Below, piece by piece: positions 1 to 24,493 of a DNA stretch of 64,000 nucleotides (the first letter of the stretch is position 1; every line of letters begins with the position of its first letter). The position numbers and the translations under genes were made by a program. The stretch is taken from positions 6,555,029 to 6,619,028 of the forward strand of contig CAVNZM010000016.1 of NCBI GenBank assembly GCA_963693365.1. The letters run 5' to 3'. The stretch comes from Amoebidium appalachense. Taxonomy: Eukaryota; Protista; Ichthyosporea. The notes under the pieces were generated by a model that did no database searches, was not told where the DNA came from, and saw only the letters and a program-made list of their open reading frames with translations.

Positions 1-27
1 TAAAGATATTTTTCGTGATATTATATT

Positions 28-229
28 GGACTTCACTTTTACTTCGATCTCTTAGCTGTCACGTCAACTTTTTTTTCCCGATTCTTCACCATGGCAGGTA
101 TATAAAGGCTTTCGTTTTTTCTTTTTGTGGACTTCACTTTTACTTCGATCTCTTAGCTGTCACGTCAACTTTTTTCCCGATTCTTCACCATGCAAGGTAT
201 ATAAAGGCTTTCGTTTTTTTCTTTTTGTG
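28..229. repeat. Two-copy ~100-bp tandem duplication
   Basis: GGACTTCACTTTTACTTCGATCTCTTAGCTGTCACGTCAAC...GGTATATAAAGGCTTTCGTTTT occurs at ~28-128 and again at ~129-229. Confidence 0.85.
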
Positions 230-999
230 GTGGGAAGGGGTCGTCGAGGAGCTTTCCTTGTGGCTGCCGTCTTTTCAGCCTTCAGCAGTATGGCAATGTG
301 TTCACAATGACTGGGTTTGCTCGCAAGCATTCTGTAGTTGTGTTTTCCTGTGTGTCCTGCCACAATTAGGCCACCTTATCATCAAAGAGCAAGCCTTGGA
401 CAGCTTCTGCGGGTTTTCTAGGGGACGGGCCCGTGGGGATTGTTTTCTGGCATGGATTTGGTCTGCATTGCTCTATAAAGGGCTGACTTGCTTCAGTTGC
501 AATTGCTGTGCCCTGGTAGGTTTTGAGGGGGGCCTGTTGGGGGGCAGCAGTAATGATGTCTTCTTGCGGAGTGTGGCCTGGTCATCATCGCTGCATATGA
601 CTAGTTGGAGCAAACTAGTTTCACGCACGTGCACTTTACCTTTGCCCGGACACTGGTGTCCAGCCAGACCTTTGGTCACTTGTTGTTTTATTTTTTATTT
701 CATCGCTGTGGCTATTTCGAAGTCGGTTATTTTGGTGGTCATGTAGCCTGTGGCTGCACGTTGCCTTCATATCCACTGGACCACTGATCAATAAATCCCA
801 GTCAAGAGAAAAATATTTTTTCGAGATATTCAGGGCAACATTCGATATTTTCGTGATATATCCCGGATCGATAATCAGGGCAAAAAACGGGATTTTTTTG
901 CAAGGGACTAATTTGCTGCTTTGTGAGTACAGTCACGGCCCTCTGAAAAAAAGACGGCCTGGATACACTACGTCATAAAATCGCATTCCATTGTGCTCG

Positions 1000-1022
1000 T
1001 GGTATCTCGATCCACTGGATTC
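1000..1022 (+). repeat. Subterminal inverted repeat of the P element (partner at 6321-6343)
   Basis: TGGTATCTCGATCCACTGGATTC matches the reverse complement of 6321-6343 (TGGTATTTCGATCCACTGGATTC) at 22/23 positions. Confidence 0.85.
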
Positions 1023-1117
1023 CGGCCCTAAAACGAGATGTCGGCACAGAACATGTATGTTGTTGTTTTTCGTTTACGTCTCGCTTTTTTTGGTTCAAAG
1101 ACGGAGACATCGGTAAC

Positions 1118-3553
1118 ATGGCTGACGGCGGGACTGGCCTTATGAAGGGAGCTGCTCCTCCCGAGCCTGGAATGGATAAGAAGAGGAGTAACGGTCTGCG
1201 TAGCAACAAAATCGGTAACATATGCAGTGTTCCAGGCTGCAGAGGCAACTACGACGACCAAAACAAGGTTTTCGTTTACAAATTCCCCCACCCAAACGAC
1301 GGGCGCATTAAAAGCGAGACGCTACGCGAAGAAACACGGAACCTTCTCAGTGCGTGGCTACGTGCTGTGCCGAGGCAGTGGCCTGAGAACTTCGACCCGC
1401 ACGGTGTTGCGCGGGTCTGCTGCCGTCACTTTCCCGCCCATGACATCGTTAAAAAAGGTGGCAAAACGTGGCCTAGGCCAGGCGCCGTCCCGAGCATTTT
1501 TCCCAACTGCCCCAGTTACCTGAGCACCCCTTCCGCACCTCCTCGTACGGACCCGGAAGAGAGAGCCGCAAAGATGGAGAAGGTTCGGGCAAGGCAAGAG
1601 GAAGAGGCAGTAGCGAGGAAGCGCCAGAAGGAGATGTTCGTCTTCGGCCAGCTTGTTGTCCGTGCCCTGGAAATAGCGGAGCGGCACGCCGGCTGGAGGG
1701 TTCAAAGCGTCGGAACGGAAATAGGCGAGGGGAAATCGGTGGTTTTCTGGCTTCCAGGCATGCTTCTATGCAAACCATCATTCAGCGTTACCATGCGAGC
1801 GTCAGTAATGATCAATAGTGACTCGACTTTTCGTTCAGCAGTTTACTCCCACACCCCAACCGTGCTTCCTTCCAATTACCTGACTCTAGCAGTAGGCAAC
1901 ATAACGTGGGTGGCGACAGAGCATTGTCAGGCGACGGGCACACTGGACACATGGAACGATCTTACTCGGTGCATCGAGCCTTTGTCCACACACCCTTCCC
2001 TCTCTCCTCCCTTGTTGGTGTTTGACCAAGATAATGCTGATCCTCTGCCGGTGCCTCGAGAGGAAGACTGTAGGGGTCAGCATTATTATGGGGCGACCGG
2101 GCTGTCACAACACGACTATGCTATGGAGGCACTTGCGTCTGCCCAGTCGTTGTTGATTGCTGCAGGAAACCATTTCAAGGAGGATGGAGACGAGGATCGG
2201 GCCAAGCAGTGCTTCTTTCAGGCCGAGCAGGCACAACTTGTGTCTACCCCGCCAAACCTGTACAGGTATGGTGATAGGACCATGCACACAGCCATCGCCT
2301 TGCACGCCAGCTCTCCCGCCGGTTATGAGAGACTGAGGGAGCTCGGGTATTTGGTCCTGCCCCAAGAGCGCAATGTGCGGAGCAAGCACGAGGGGCTTAA
2401 ATCTACGGACCTCCTCGACGCTAGTGGTGTGAACGAGGAATACCTTGCACTAATGGCACATGCTATGAGTAAAAGAGAGAAAATGGGGGTTCTGTTACTG
2501 GATGAGATCCACGTAACAGATCTCCTCGATTTCCGTGGTGGGCAAATTACTGGGGTAGCACTCAATCAGCCCGATGGGCAGTCTGCAAGCCAAGTGCAGG
2601 CATTTTTCTTTGACTCGATTATATCCAAATTGGGCAAGGATTTTGTGTCCATGATACCTGTGCGCAACCAGACCGCTGAGTTTTTGGGTGACGAGCTGGT
2701 GAACGCGCTGGAGGCACTAGCCTATGCTGGGCTCCATACGGTTGCTGTCATTGCTGACAACAATGCCATAAACCGGGCATTGTTTCGCAAGCTGGCAAAC
2801 GTGAGTGGTTACAAGAACACACCACCGTATGTGGACCACCCTACAGACCCCGGAAAGAGGCTGTATATTATATCAGACCCTGTGCACATACTCAAGTGCA
2901 TTCGCAACAACTGGGTGAATCAGAAGGACACAGAGCAGTCCATCAATTACAGTGGGTTCACTTTTGTGTGGGAGATTGACGGTCAAAAAATCGATCTCTC
3001 ATTCGAGGTGGGGACGGCATGTTTTCGGCATCTGCAGACTATCTACGAGTCTGAACGCGGGCAGGCACTCAAGGAGGCCTTCAAACTCACACCCACCGTT
3101 CTCTGGCCCAACAACTTCGACAAGCAGAAGGTGGGGCCAGCTTTGGCTGTGTTCCACGAGTCCACCATTGCTGCGCTCGACAACCACGTGGTTGATGAAC
3201 CCCTGTTTAAGTTCACCGCAAACTTCCTAAAACAAATCGCACGGTGGTGGAAGCTTATGAACATCGGTACCACCACATATGCGGCGCGCAAATTGGACCC
3301 ATGGTGTGCTGCATTCACCAGCAGCAGTGACCAGCGGCTGATTTGGCTGGAGAAATTCGCTGAGTGGGTGGTGAGCATGCCTACTGGCGAGGGGGGTTTT
3401 ACGGAGGAAACACAGTGGTCGCTGGCGTTTACGAGCAAGACAATGGTACCCCCCCCCCCCCCCCCCCCCTCAAAATCCCCTCCAATGTCCTCATGCCCTC
3501 GCCCCTTCACCCCCCCAACACATAAGGTCACATGAGGAGTCGACCGGCATGAA

Positions 3554-3585
<32 letters not shown>

Positions 3586-3661
3586 TTGTGTGTGTCTGTG
3601 TGTGACACTGTGTGTGTGTGTGACACGTGTGTGTGTGCGCGCGCATCAGTGTGTTTGTGTG

Positions 3662-3717
<56 letters not shown>

Positions 3718-3738
3718 TGTGTCGAGATGGGTGGGCGG

Positions 3739-3771
<33 letters not shown>

Positions 3772-4264
3772 TTTTCCATATGGTTTTTCACATGCCAAGC
3801 GTAGTCAAATGTGGTGCCACACAGATTTTGCTGACTTTTAATTTGCAGGCCAGTCTCATCCGCTATCTCCTGGACAGCGGCGTGAGCGGCGAGAAGCTCA
3901 ACTTTGTGCTCACCAGAAAGTTTCAAACCGAACCCCTTGAGGGTGCTTTTGGCACAATCCGACAGTACAGCGGTGGGAACTACAACGTTGGGACAGCACA
4001 GGTGGGTACCTCCCCTCCTGGATCCCCCCCCCCCCCCCTCCCCCCCTCAACACACACACACACACCCCTACCCTACTCAGCCACCCACCCACTGCCTGCA
4101 ACAATGAAACACAAGAGTACATCACACACACACGATTCATACAGCATTACAAAGAACAGAGACAGAACAGATATAGGATGATTTGGTGATTCGCCTTAAT
4201 AATGGGATAGTGGTGTCATGACATGGTGGCCCCGGGGAATAAAATAATCAGGAGAAAAAAAAAA

Positions 4265-4298
<34 letters not shown>

Positions 4299-4571
4299 TA
4301 GCGAGAGAGGCAGGGACGGAAGAAGGGGTTGGAGGAGGAGGGGAGGGGGAGGGGGGGGTATCAGGATAAAAGGAGTGTGGTGAAAAGAAAGGGTGCAAAG
4401 AAAACTGAACGAAAAATGAAATTAGGGGGTGGGGTGGGGGGGGGGGGGGAGGGGGGGGGCTGTTGAACTCAAACCACAAAAATGCACACACGTACATGCG
4501 CACACACACACACACAGACACACAGACACACATACACCAAACACCACACACACACACACACACACACCGTA

Positions 4572-4616
<45 letters not shown>

Positions 4617-5840
4617 ATACATACACAACCCCATGCAGATATACCTAAACCATGCTTGTGTACACACGAAGATATGCTATGATACACTGCTTGCGCGCCC
4701 GCGCCATATTGTGTCATATTAAACTTTTATAGCCACGTGCCATCAATATATACACAAATCACACAATAAACTCACCTCTATGAACAGACTCTCCAGGCCG
4801 TCAAAAGGATACGGGTGCAGAAGCTGGCAAAGCTGGCAGTGCAGACGGGCACAAGTGTAACACAGCTGTTCGACAACATGAACACAGCGCTCAACAGCAA
4901 ACGCAAAACGATCACCATCGAGACCATTCTCCCACTCTACAACAACACCATCTGGGGCCACGTCTATAAAATCAGCGAAGACATCAGAAAGCCAGAGGTG
5001 CTAACCTACCGGGCAGGGTTCTGTGTGCACGCGCTTCACGTGCGCGGTGTTGGCTGCAACACATGTCGTGCACATCTCGAAATCACCACACCCAACAAAA
5101 ACACCAACACACCCACTGAAACAAGCACCACAGCTACAGAAACAGCCACCACTACGGCCGGGAGAGCCACAGACGATCACTACCGACTCATCCGCGCCGC
5201 CAATCGGGGGGGCCTGACTTTCCCTTCACCACCAACAGTGAGCATTGTCACATTGGTCTACTGTGTGGTGGAGGCACTGCTAAAGCCACTGGTCAACACG
5301 TACCTTCCGGGGGGCAGCCATAGAACGGTGGCTGTCCTACTCAGCGAACATGCAGTCAAAAGGTACAATACCGATAAGGCACTTATGGACGAGTGTGGGG
5401 TGTGCGGCACGCAAAAGAGAGCACTAGTGGAACGACTGATAACCGTTGCAACCAACTGCCACCTGAGCGCGTATGTGCGTCAACGCAAGGAACAAGCGAA
5501 GAAAGCACCCAACAAAGCAAACCGGAAAGCCAAAACAGTGCAGGCGGCCGCTTTGGCGGCGAGCGAGGCCGCCGCGGGGGCAGGCGTCCCCGCCACAGTT
5601 GCAGGGAGCATGCCGTCGACAAAACCAGCAAAGAAGAAAAAGGAGAGCAAAACAGAGGAAAAGGGAGGCGAAGGGAGGAAGAAGGGAAAGGAAGGTAAAA
5701 ACAAAACAACCACGGCGGAACCACCTACCGTCGAGTGGGAGATGGAGGGAAACGATGACGAGCTGGTGGCTGCACTGGAGGCAGCAGAGGCGGAGTACGA
5801 TTGGATGGTAGAGGCGTATGTGGAGGAAGCAGAGCTCTAG
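1118..5840 (+). CDS. THAP-domain P-element transposase (THAP9-like); exons 1118-3445, 3849-4001, 4788-5840; ~1177 aa
   Basis: N-terminal THAP zinc finger (CSVPGC...FP...W...VCCRHF...GAVPSIF). Catalytic motifs [30 protein letters not shown] (DxxH) and [17 protein letters not shown]-terminal YRAGF..CxxC..RGGLTFPS. Two phase-0 GT-AG introns join the three frames without stops. Confidence 0.92.
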
Positions 5841-7356
5841 CGGCTTTGTCAGTGTTTTCTAACCCTCTTTCTTTTCTTTTTTTGCCAGTAGGTAGAGTTG
5901 TGAGGGTTTGCCGGGTGGGGGAGGAGGGGGGGGGGGGGGCTACACAGTGTTGATTGGTTGGTGGTTAGTGTTGCAGGACATAGACGTTCTAATACTTAAC
6001 ATACAGGTAGTATTATGTTACCTAGTGGATAGAAACACCTTTGAGAGAATATATGCAAAGAAGAGTTCTAGTTTTGTAGTAGATCTTTGCTCACGGCCGT
6101 GTTTGTGTAAACGTGAACTGCTCAATAGATATAACTATACTGAGACTCAGCTACACTATTATGTACACTATGCCAAAACTTTGTGCTATAGGGCTTGCGC
6201 ATATTACTCTAAGACAAAAAAACGCCTTAGAACATAGGAAGCACTTCATAAACTTTTGTCGTTTTTTTTTTTTCCTTCCGTTTTCCTTCATAATCTGCGC
6301 ACTGATAGTAGTTTGCTAGCGAATCCAGTGGATCGAAATACCAATCTGCTCTTTTGACCCCGTTCTGTATCCAGGCCGTCTTTTTTTCAGAGGGCCGTGG
6401 TACAGTGTAACCCAATTAAAAACCGAGAAGCGGCACCCAATAGATGAGCCGATTGGCACCTTGATGATGCGTGCTTTTTCAAACCCTGTGTGTGCGTCAC
6501 CGGTCGTGCATGCACCACTGATGCTTATATAAGCCGTTTTGTAAAAGCTCAACACAAAAAGGCTACGCTTTCATTTACTAAGGCTTTTTAGTATACAATT
6601 TCTTCCTTTATCGACTATTTCATGACGTCGATCGCACTTTTCAGCAACTAGGAGTGTGGGGACTGTGGGTTCGACGAGGCCCTACGAACATAATTGTCTC
6701 ATAACGTTGGGTCTCGATACAAGCTGCAGGCTGTGAAATTAGGGGGTTTTAGGCCAGAAAATTGTCCCAGAAAGTCAGAAAATTGTCCCTAACTTTTTGA
6801 GGTTAGGTCCATCATTTTCCCAAAATTGGCCCTAACAGTGCCAAATATCATAAGAAAATGCACCTAAAAAAAGCTTGTTGGCTCTATTAGTGCCAACCAG
6901 GCTGGTGGAAAGTTGCCAAATTGGCACGAGCCTACAACAAATTGCACACCCTGGATAAAAGTCGTGGGCTACAGTTCCGGGCCAGAAACTACTGCCACGG
7001 TATTAGAATTAGTAAGATGATGCCGTTTACAAATGACGACAGGCACACACCGCTCGTTGGTGACCAAATTCACGGCATGCCAGCACCTGGGTACCGACGG
7101 TCGAGCCGCGTGGCGGCGTGGCACACAGCGGCCACTGTGCACGTGCACGTACCCCCGTGGCACATGATGTACCATAGCACTATGTACCATGCAGTGCGGT
7201 ACTGTGCGCCCCGGAGGCTATTCAGTGTGACTCGGCCAGGTCCAGGTGTGTGTGGGTAGGTGGGTGGCCATGGGTGATGGCCTTGTAGGCTGTGTGTGTG
7301 TGTTTGGTGGTTATACTATGATGCGTGACTGTGTGTGCGTACACGGGCGAGTGTGT

Positions 7357-7408
<52 letters not shown>

Positions 7409-8006
7409 ACACGCTATCCCCCCCACCCCCGGCCCCCGGGCCCCCCCCGCCCCCCCCCCCCGGCCCCTCCCCCGGCCCCCCCCCCCCCCCCCCCCCCCCC
7501 CCACAAAAAAAAACAAAACAAAAAACGCAAAAAGGACTCACAGGCCTCGCAAGCGGGGGGAGAGGGGGCTCGGGGGGGGGGGGCCGCGGGGGGGGGGGGG
7601 GGGGGGGGAGGGCAGGTATCCTCAGGGGGGCACCGTCTGGGGGCTGTGTGAAAATGTGTGCAAGCGTCTGTGACACAGTGTGTACCGTAAAGTTTGGATT
7701 TTGTCACGGTTCCGAACGCTCGTCATTGGCCCAGTGTTCAACAGTGTGTGTATCATCACGTGGTGTCACGTGTGTATGTGCACGTGACTGTGTATCACAA
7801 TGTGTGTGTGTACATGTGTGTGTGTGTGTGTGTGTGGGTATGTATCACAAGGTGTGTGTGTGTGTGTGTGTCTCCGTGACTGTCGTGATCACGGTGCACG
7901 CGTACGGTGTGTGTCCCCCCCCCCCCCCCCCCCCCTCCCCCCCCCCCCCCCCCCCCCCCCCCGGTTCCCAATGGACCTCAGGGCCAAAAAATTTTCTGGG
8001 CGGGGG

Positions 8007-8074
<68 letters not shown>

Positions 8075-8144
8075 CAGAATCCATAGTATTGGAATAGTGT
8101 GCCCTGTGTACTCGGTATTAGTGATAGAATAATGCATATGGTCT

Positions 8145-10163
8145 GTGATATCTAGTTATAGCTCTAGTAAGTCTTGTGGACCTGATGGACTCCCTGCTGG
8201 GTTTCTTAAAATCCTTGTTCCCTCCTACCCACAAAAGGAAAGTGATCGTGCTATTAAACCTGATCTTACTATCATGTTAAGCTCTCTCTTTTCTTGGTGT
8301 GTTAAATGTGGACATGTCCCGTCATCTTGGTTAGATACCTTAGTGATCCCCATAGTTAAGAAGGACTCTGAGGGCCCCATATCATCCTTTCGCCCCATTA
8401 CACTAACCCAGGTTGTTCGTAGATTCTTTGAAGCTTGCTTACTTAGGTTATTTGCACATCACCCTAGGTTTCAATCTATTCTTCACATACACCCATGCCA
8501 ATCCGCTTTTCGTAAAAACAATTCATGTTATGTTCAAATAATGGCACTGCACGATTCTATGCAAGTTGGTGCACAATATGTTGGCTTTATTGATTGGAAA
8601 ACTGCTTACGATTCTGTCTCCCCTGGTCTCCTATGGGAAAAGCTTGCTGCACGGGGTGTACCACACTGCATTGGTGTTCTGTTAGAAGCACTCTTGTCTC
8701 AAACCTATGGTAGAGCTGTGGTTAATGGGCATCTTTCATATGGTTTTGCTCGTACTAGAGGTCTCTTGCAGGGTTCATTGCTTAGCCCCTTTTTGTTTAA
8801 CCTATTTATAGATGATTTGGCTGTCAAGATTTACGCCGAAAACGATGACCCTATTAATAACTTTCCGCCTGCACTTCTCTATGCTGATGATCTGTCCCTC
8901 CTTGCCCGTACCCCTAGACGCCTGCAAAGATTGTTCGATGTAGTGTCAGAGTGGTGCAAGGCAAACCTTATGATCCTTAACATAGACAAATGTGGTGTTC
9001 TTGTACCTGATATAGCTAACAATTTACACACATTTACATTATCATCTAAACCTGTACCTATAGTTCCAGAATACAAATATCTTGGTGTTCCGGTTGATTC
9101 TGTTGGTGTTATGTTTCCCCATATGGTCGAAAAGAGGGTAGAGTTGGCTCGTAAGCGGTTAGCTTTCTTCTCGGCTAATATTTTTAAAGACACACCCCTC
9201 CATCCTTCTATTAGACTTACATTTATTCGCACTTTTGTCTTCCCGGCATGTGAATATGGTTTACCCCTTCTCGCCGCTTGGATCAAGAAAGAGAGAACTA
9301 GAGCGCTTAAACCCTTGGCAAATTTCCTTGAAGCAGAAGTTGCCTCCTTTCTATCTAACAACTGTTGTAAACCTGGGCCTGTAACGCTCTCGATATATGG
9401 TCTGGTCCCAATAGCTGCTAGAGTATCCTATCTCGCGCTGAAATTCAATAAGCACATAAGCCGCTTAAAGAAGTATTTGCCCTCCCACCCTCTCTTCTCT
9501 ATCCGACCTGTCCCCTCCTCACCTCTCCCCTCTTTCCTCCCCTCTCTCTCCCCTTCTCCCCTGGGCACAAATACAAATAAACCCCGCAATAGTGTGTGTG
9601 TGACTTTGGACTGCCACTTACTTATTAAACATGTACACAATCACAAGATAATCACGCAATATAACAAATGGAAAAAGATACCACACGACACTAGACCCGA
9701 TGAAAGCATACACCTTGAAAAACTAAGCCTTATGTCTCGTTTTATATATACTGACCGCCTCAACCATATTGCCAAATATGGCACTCGCAAGTGTATAACA
9801 CCTAAATACATATTACCTTCCTGTAGAACTGGTCTTTCTCTAGCTGATGGTATTATTGATCAATTACCACGCTTTTACTGTACACGTGCTATACAGTGGA
9901 GATCTAATAAGTATAAGGTGGCATCATTTGCATGCCCAAACAACACACACACACACCAGTTTAACCGGTCATGTATCGCCAAATGTAGTTTGATAGACCA
10001 CATAATACCGCAACACACACACGTCACATTCACAACAGACACACAGAAAGATAGCCTACCTGTAAATTACAACATCCTTGATTTTATACTAAACACGCGT
10101 AACTACGACCTGTTTATTAGATGTATTGATTGGCTTGAGAAACACATCACTACAAAATTATAG
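8145..10163 (+). mobile_element. Non-LTR (LINE-like) retrotransposon reverse transcriptase ORF, 5'-truncated
   Basis: RT motifs KSCGPDG, FRPITL, QSAFR, FIDWKTAYDSV, RGLLQGSLLSPFLFNLFID, LYADD, KCG and YKYLG. C-terminal WR..C..H..C..C..LDFILN region. The ORF starts at RT domain 0 with an in-frame stop at 8130-8132 and no endonuclease. The stop codon is followed by (CA)n, then a poly-A run at ~10277-10314. Confidence 0.9.
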
Positions 10164-10167
10164 CGCA

Positions 10168-10240
<73 letters not shown>

Positions 10241-10273
10241 CCAGCTGATACCGAGTGTCCCGAGGGGAGCCCC

Positions 10274-10315
<42 letters not shown>

Positions 10316-10957
10316 GGGGAACCCCAACTAATTGATTTCTCCTTGTAGTCTTTATGGTGTCTCGTAGAGAAAGTAAACCCTGATATATAGTCACCACCCG
10401 ACATCTATGTACGTGATCATGATATACCGCTGAGGGGATATTCCGAGCAAAACCCCCCCCCATACCTGAGACTGGTTCTCTTTGCCTCGAGTAAACAGCG
10501 TAAACCCCCAGATAAGTGTATACTAGTCATAGGTGATATCTACGGTATATTCAGGGATATTCACGGTAGATCGCGATAGATCGCGATAGATCTAGAACAT
10601 TCGATGGTTTAATATGATTGGTAGATAGTCAAGTATTGACGTCACTAGAATTAGATTTACCAATCAGGCTCAATCTCGAATGTCAGCCAAATGTATATAA
10701 GCATGCCCCGGAGGCCAGAATAAACAATCCAGCAAACACAAGTTACCACAGGGGGGGGGGGGGGGGAGGGGAGGGGGGAAGGGGGGAGGGGGGCTGCTGT
10801 GCTGTGGGAAAATGTGTCCATGTGTCACTACAGCTGTGTGTACATTTGGATTTTGTGTCCGCCGAAAGTTTGCCACTGACACCCGGTGCGCTTGATGTGT
10901 GTGATGTCACGTGCGTGTGCACGTGTGTATCACAAATGTGGTAGTGTGTGTGTGTGT

Positions 10958-10996
<39 letters not shown>

Positions 10997-11078
10997 CCCC
11001 TCCCGGCCCACACACGGCACTGGGCCACCACCACCACACACACACACACAAACACACGCACACACACACACACAAACA

Positions 11079-11119
<41 letters not shown>

Positions 11120-11143
11120 GCATACCATAGCACATAATGCTAT

Positions 11144-11175
<32 letters not shown>

Positions 11176-11244
11176 GTACACCGTGACACACACACACACA
11201 CCGTACACCGTGACACACACACACACAGTGCCACACACACCGTA

Positions 11245-11286
<42 letters not shown>

Positions 11287-11303
11287 ACACACACACACAC
11301 ACG

Positions 11304-11342
<39 letters not shown>

Positions 11343-11366
11343 ACACACACACACACGTCACACACA

Positions 11367-11430
<64 letters not shown>

Positions 11431-11828
11431 GAGAGAAAAAAAAAAAAAAAAAAAAAGCTGTCACGCAGCTCGGAAAAAGGAATCAGAGGACGGGAAGCGG
11501 GGGAGGCCCCCCCCGGGAGAGGGGGGCACGCATCGTCGCTTGGGGCTGTGCAAAAGTGTCACGGTGGGTATGTCTGTGTGTGCGTTCAAGGTTTGGATTA
11601 ACGGTTCGTTTGCCACTGTATACATATGCTTGTGTGTGACTGCGCAACTCTGTAGCTCCGTGTCACGGTGTACGGTGTGTGAGTGTCCCCCCCCTCCCCC
11701 CCCCCCTGTCCTCTGGGTTCTTTTAAATTCTTGGGCGGCGAAAGTTTTTTTTTTATTTTTTTATTTTTATTTCTTATTTTTATTTTTTATTATTATTATT
11801 ATTATTATTTGGGGGGGGGGGGGGGGGG

Positions 11829-11902
<74 letters not shown>

Positions 11903-12717
11903 AGCTCCTTGTGCATGCTCCTACCGTGGCCGTTGCAGCTTCAAGAAAAAGCACACACATGTTCCCGGTCCACAGTACTGTTACAACACATTTATTTCCG
12001 GGGATTCCAAATATTTTTGTTGTGTATCTAGCTCGGTTCTGGACTCCGTTTCATGAAACACAAGAAGCATACATATTAGCTACATCGAAAGAACAGGGCA
12101 ACATCATCCCGTATGGGCACCATCCCTTTGTATCACGTCAATAGTCAAAACTGTACTGCGTTTTTCGCTGGTTTTTAAAGGCGTAGTAAACACCACTTTA
12201 TGTTCGCCTAAAAAAAACAAACATAAAAAGTAAAAAAGGAAAGTGAAAAGAGGGGAGGGCAATATACAGGAAAACACAATGTCATAAAAAAGGAGTCTCA
12301 GAACCTCCGAAAGAAATCCATGGACAAGCAATCAGCTTAGATAGAAGGAACGGAATGCGCACGAATTCATACTTTCAAACAAAAAATACCACAAAGACCA
12401 TCTATCACCTGCACCACCACACACATTCATTTCGTACAATACGTCCCATAAAATTTACAACACAGGAACACAGGTTCAACACTTGATGACCTACCAACCC
12501 ACTTTCTTATAAGGAGGGAAGGAGGGAAAAAAAAAAAAAACATGCACAAAAAAAACACAGACTTTCCGACAGTTACCAGCCGCCGGCCATACCCGGGCCA
12601 CACAAACCGCAACAAAACCCATCCCAACACACTCCCAGAACACACCCACATTCCACACATTCCACACACATTCCAACGACGGCGATCACGGTTGCTGATT
12701 GGCTGGCCGGCAACCAA

Positions 12718-24493
<11,776 letters not shown>

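Larger units (their letters stand above)
934..6399 (+). mobile_element. P-element superfamily DNA transposon, apparently complete and autonomous
   Basis: Perfect 34-bp terminal inverted repeats CACGGCCCTCTGAAAAAAAGACGGCCTGGATACA at 934-967 and 6366-6399. Identical 7-bp flanking duplication GTACAGT at 927-933 and 6400-6406. Encloses a THAP/P transposase gene. Confidence 0.95.

Noticed and set aside
15-910. 243-aa ORF and minus-strand fragments; possible decayed transposon end
   Set aside because: No recognisable domain, and the ORF includes the tandem duplication. The GATATT-rich repeats lack a partner end in the window.
6727-6953. hAT-like MITE (CAGGCTGTGAAATT / AATTGCACACCCTG)
   Set aside because: TIR match is only 12/14 and there is no 8-bp TSD; unsupported without other copies.
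7246-8097. Gly/Pro/Cys-Val/His-Thr/Glu-Arg-rich ORFs here and throughout the window
   Set aside because: These are translations of (G)n, (C)n, (TG)n and (GA)n microsatellites.
8145-10163. RT as the autonomous partner of the (C)n retroposon, or as a group II intron/retron RT
   Set aside because: Motifs are LINE-type, and its 3' end shares no sequence with the family.
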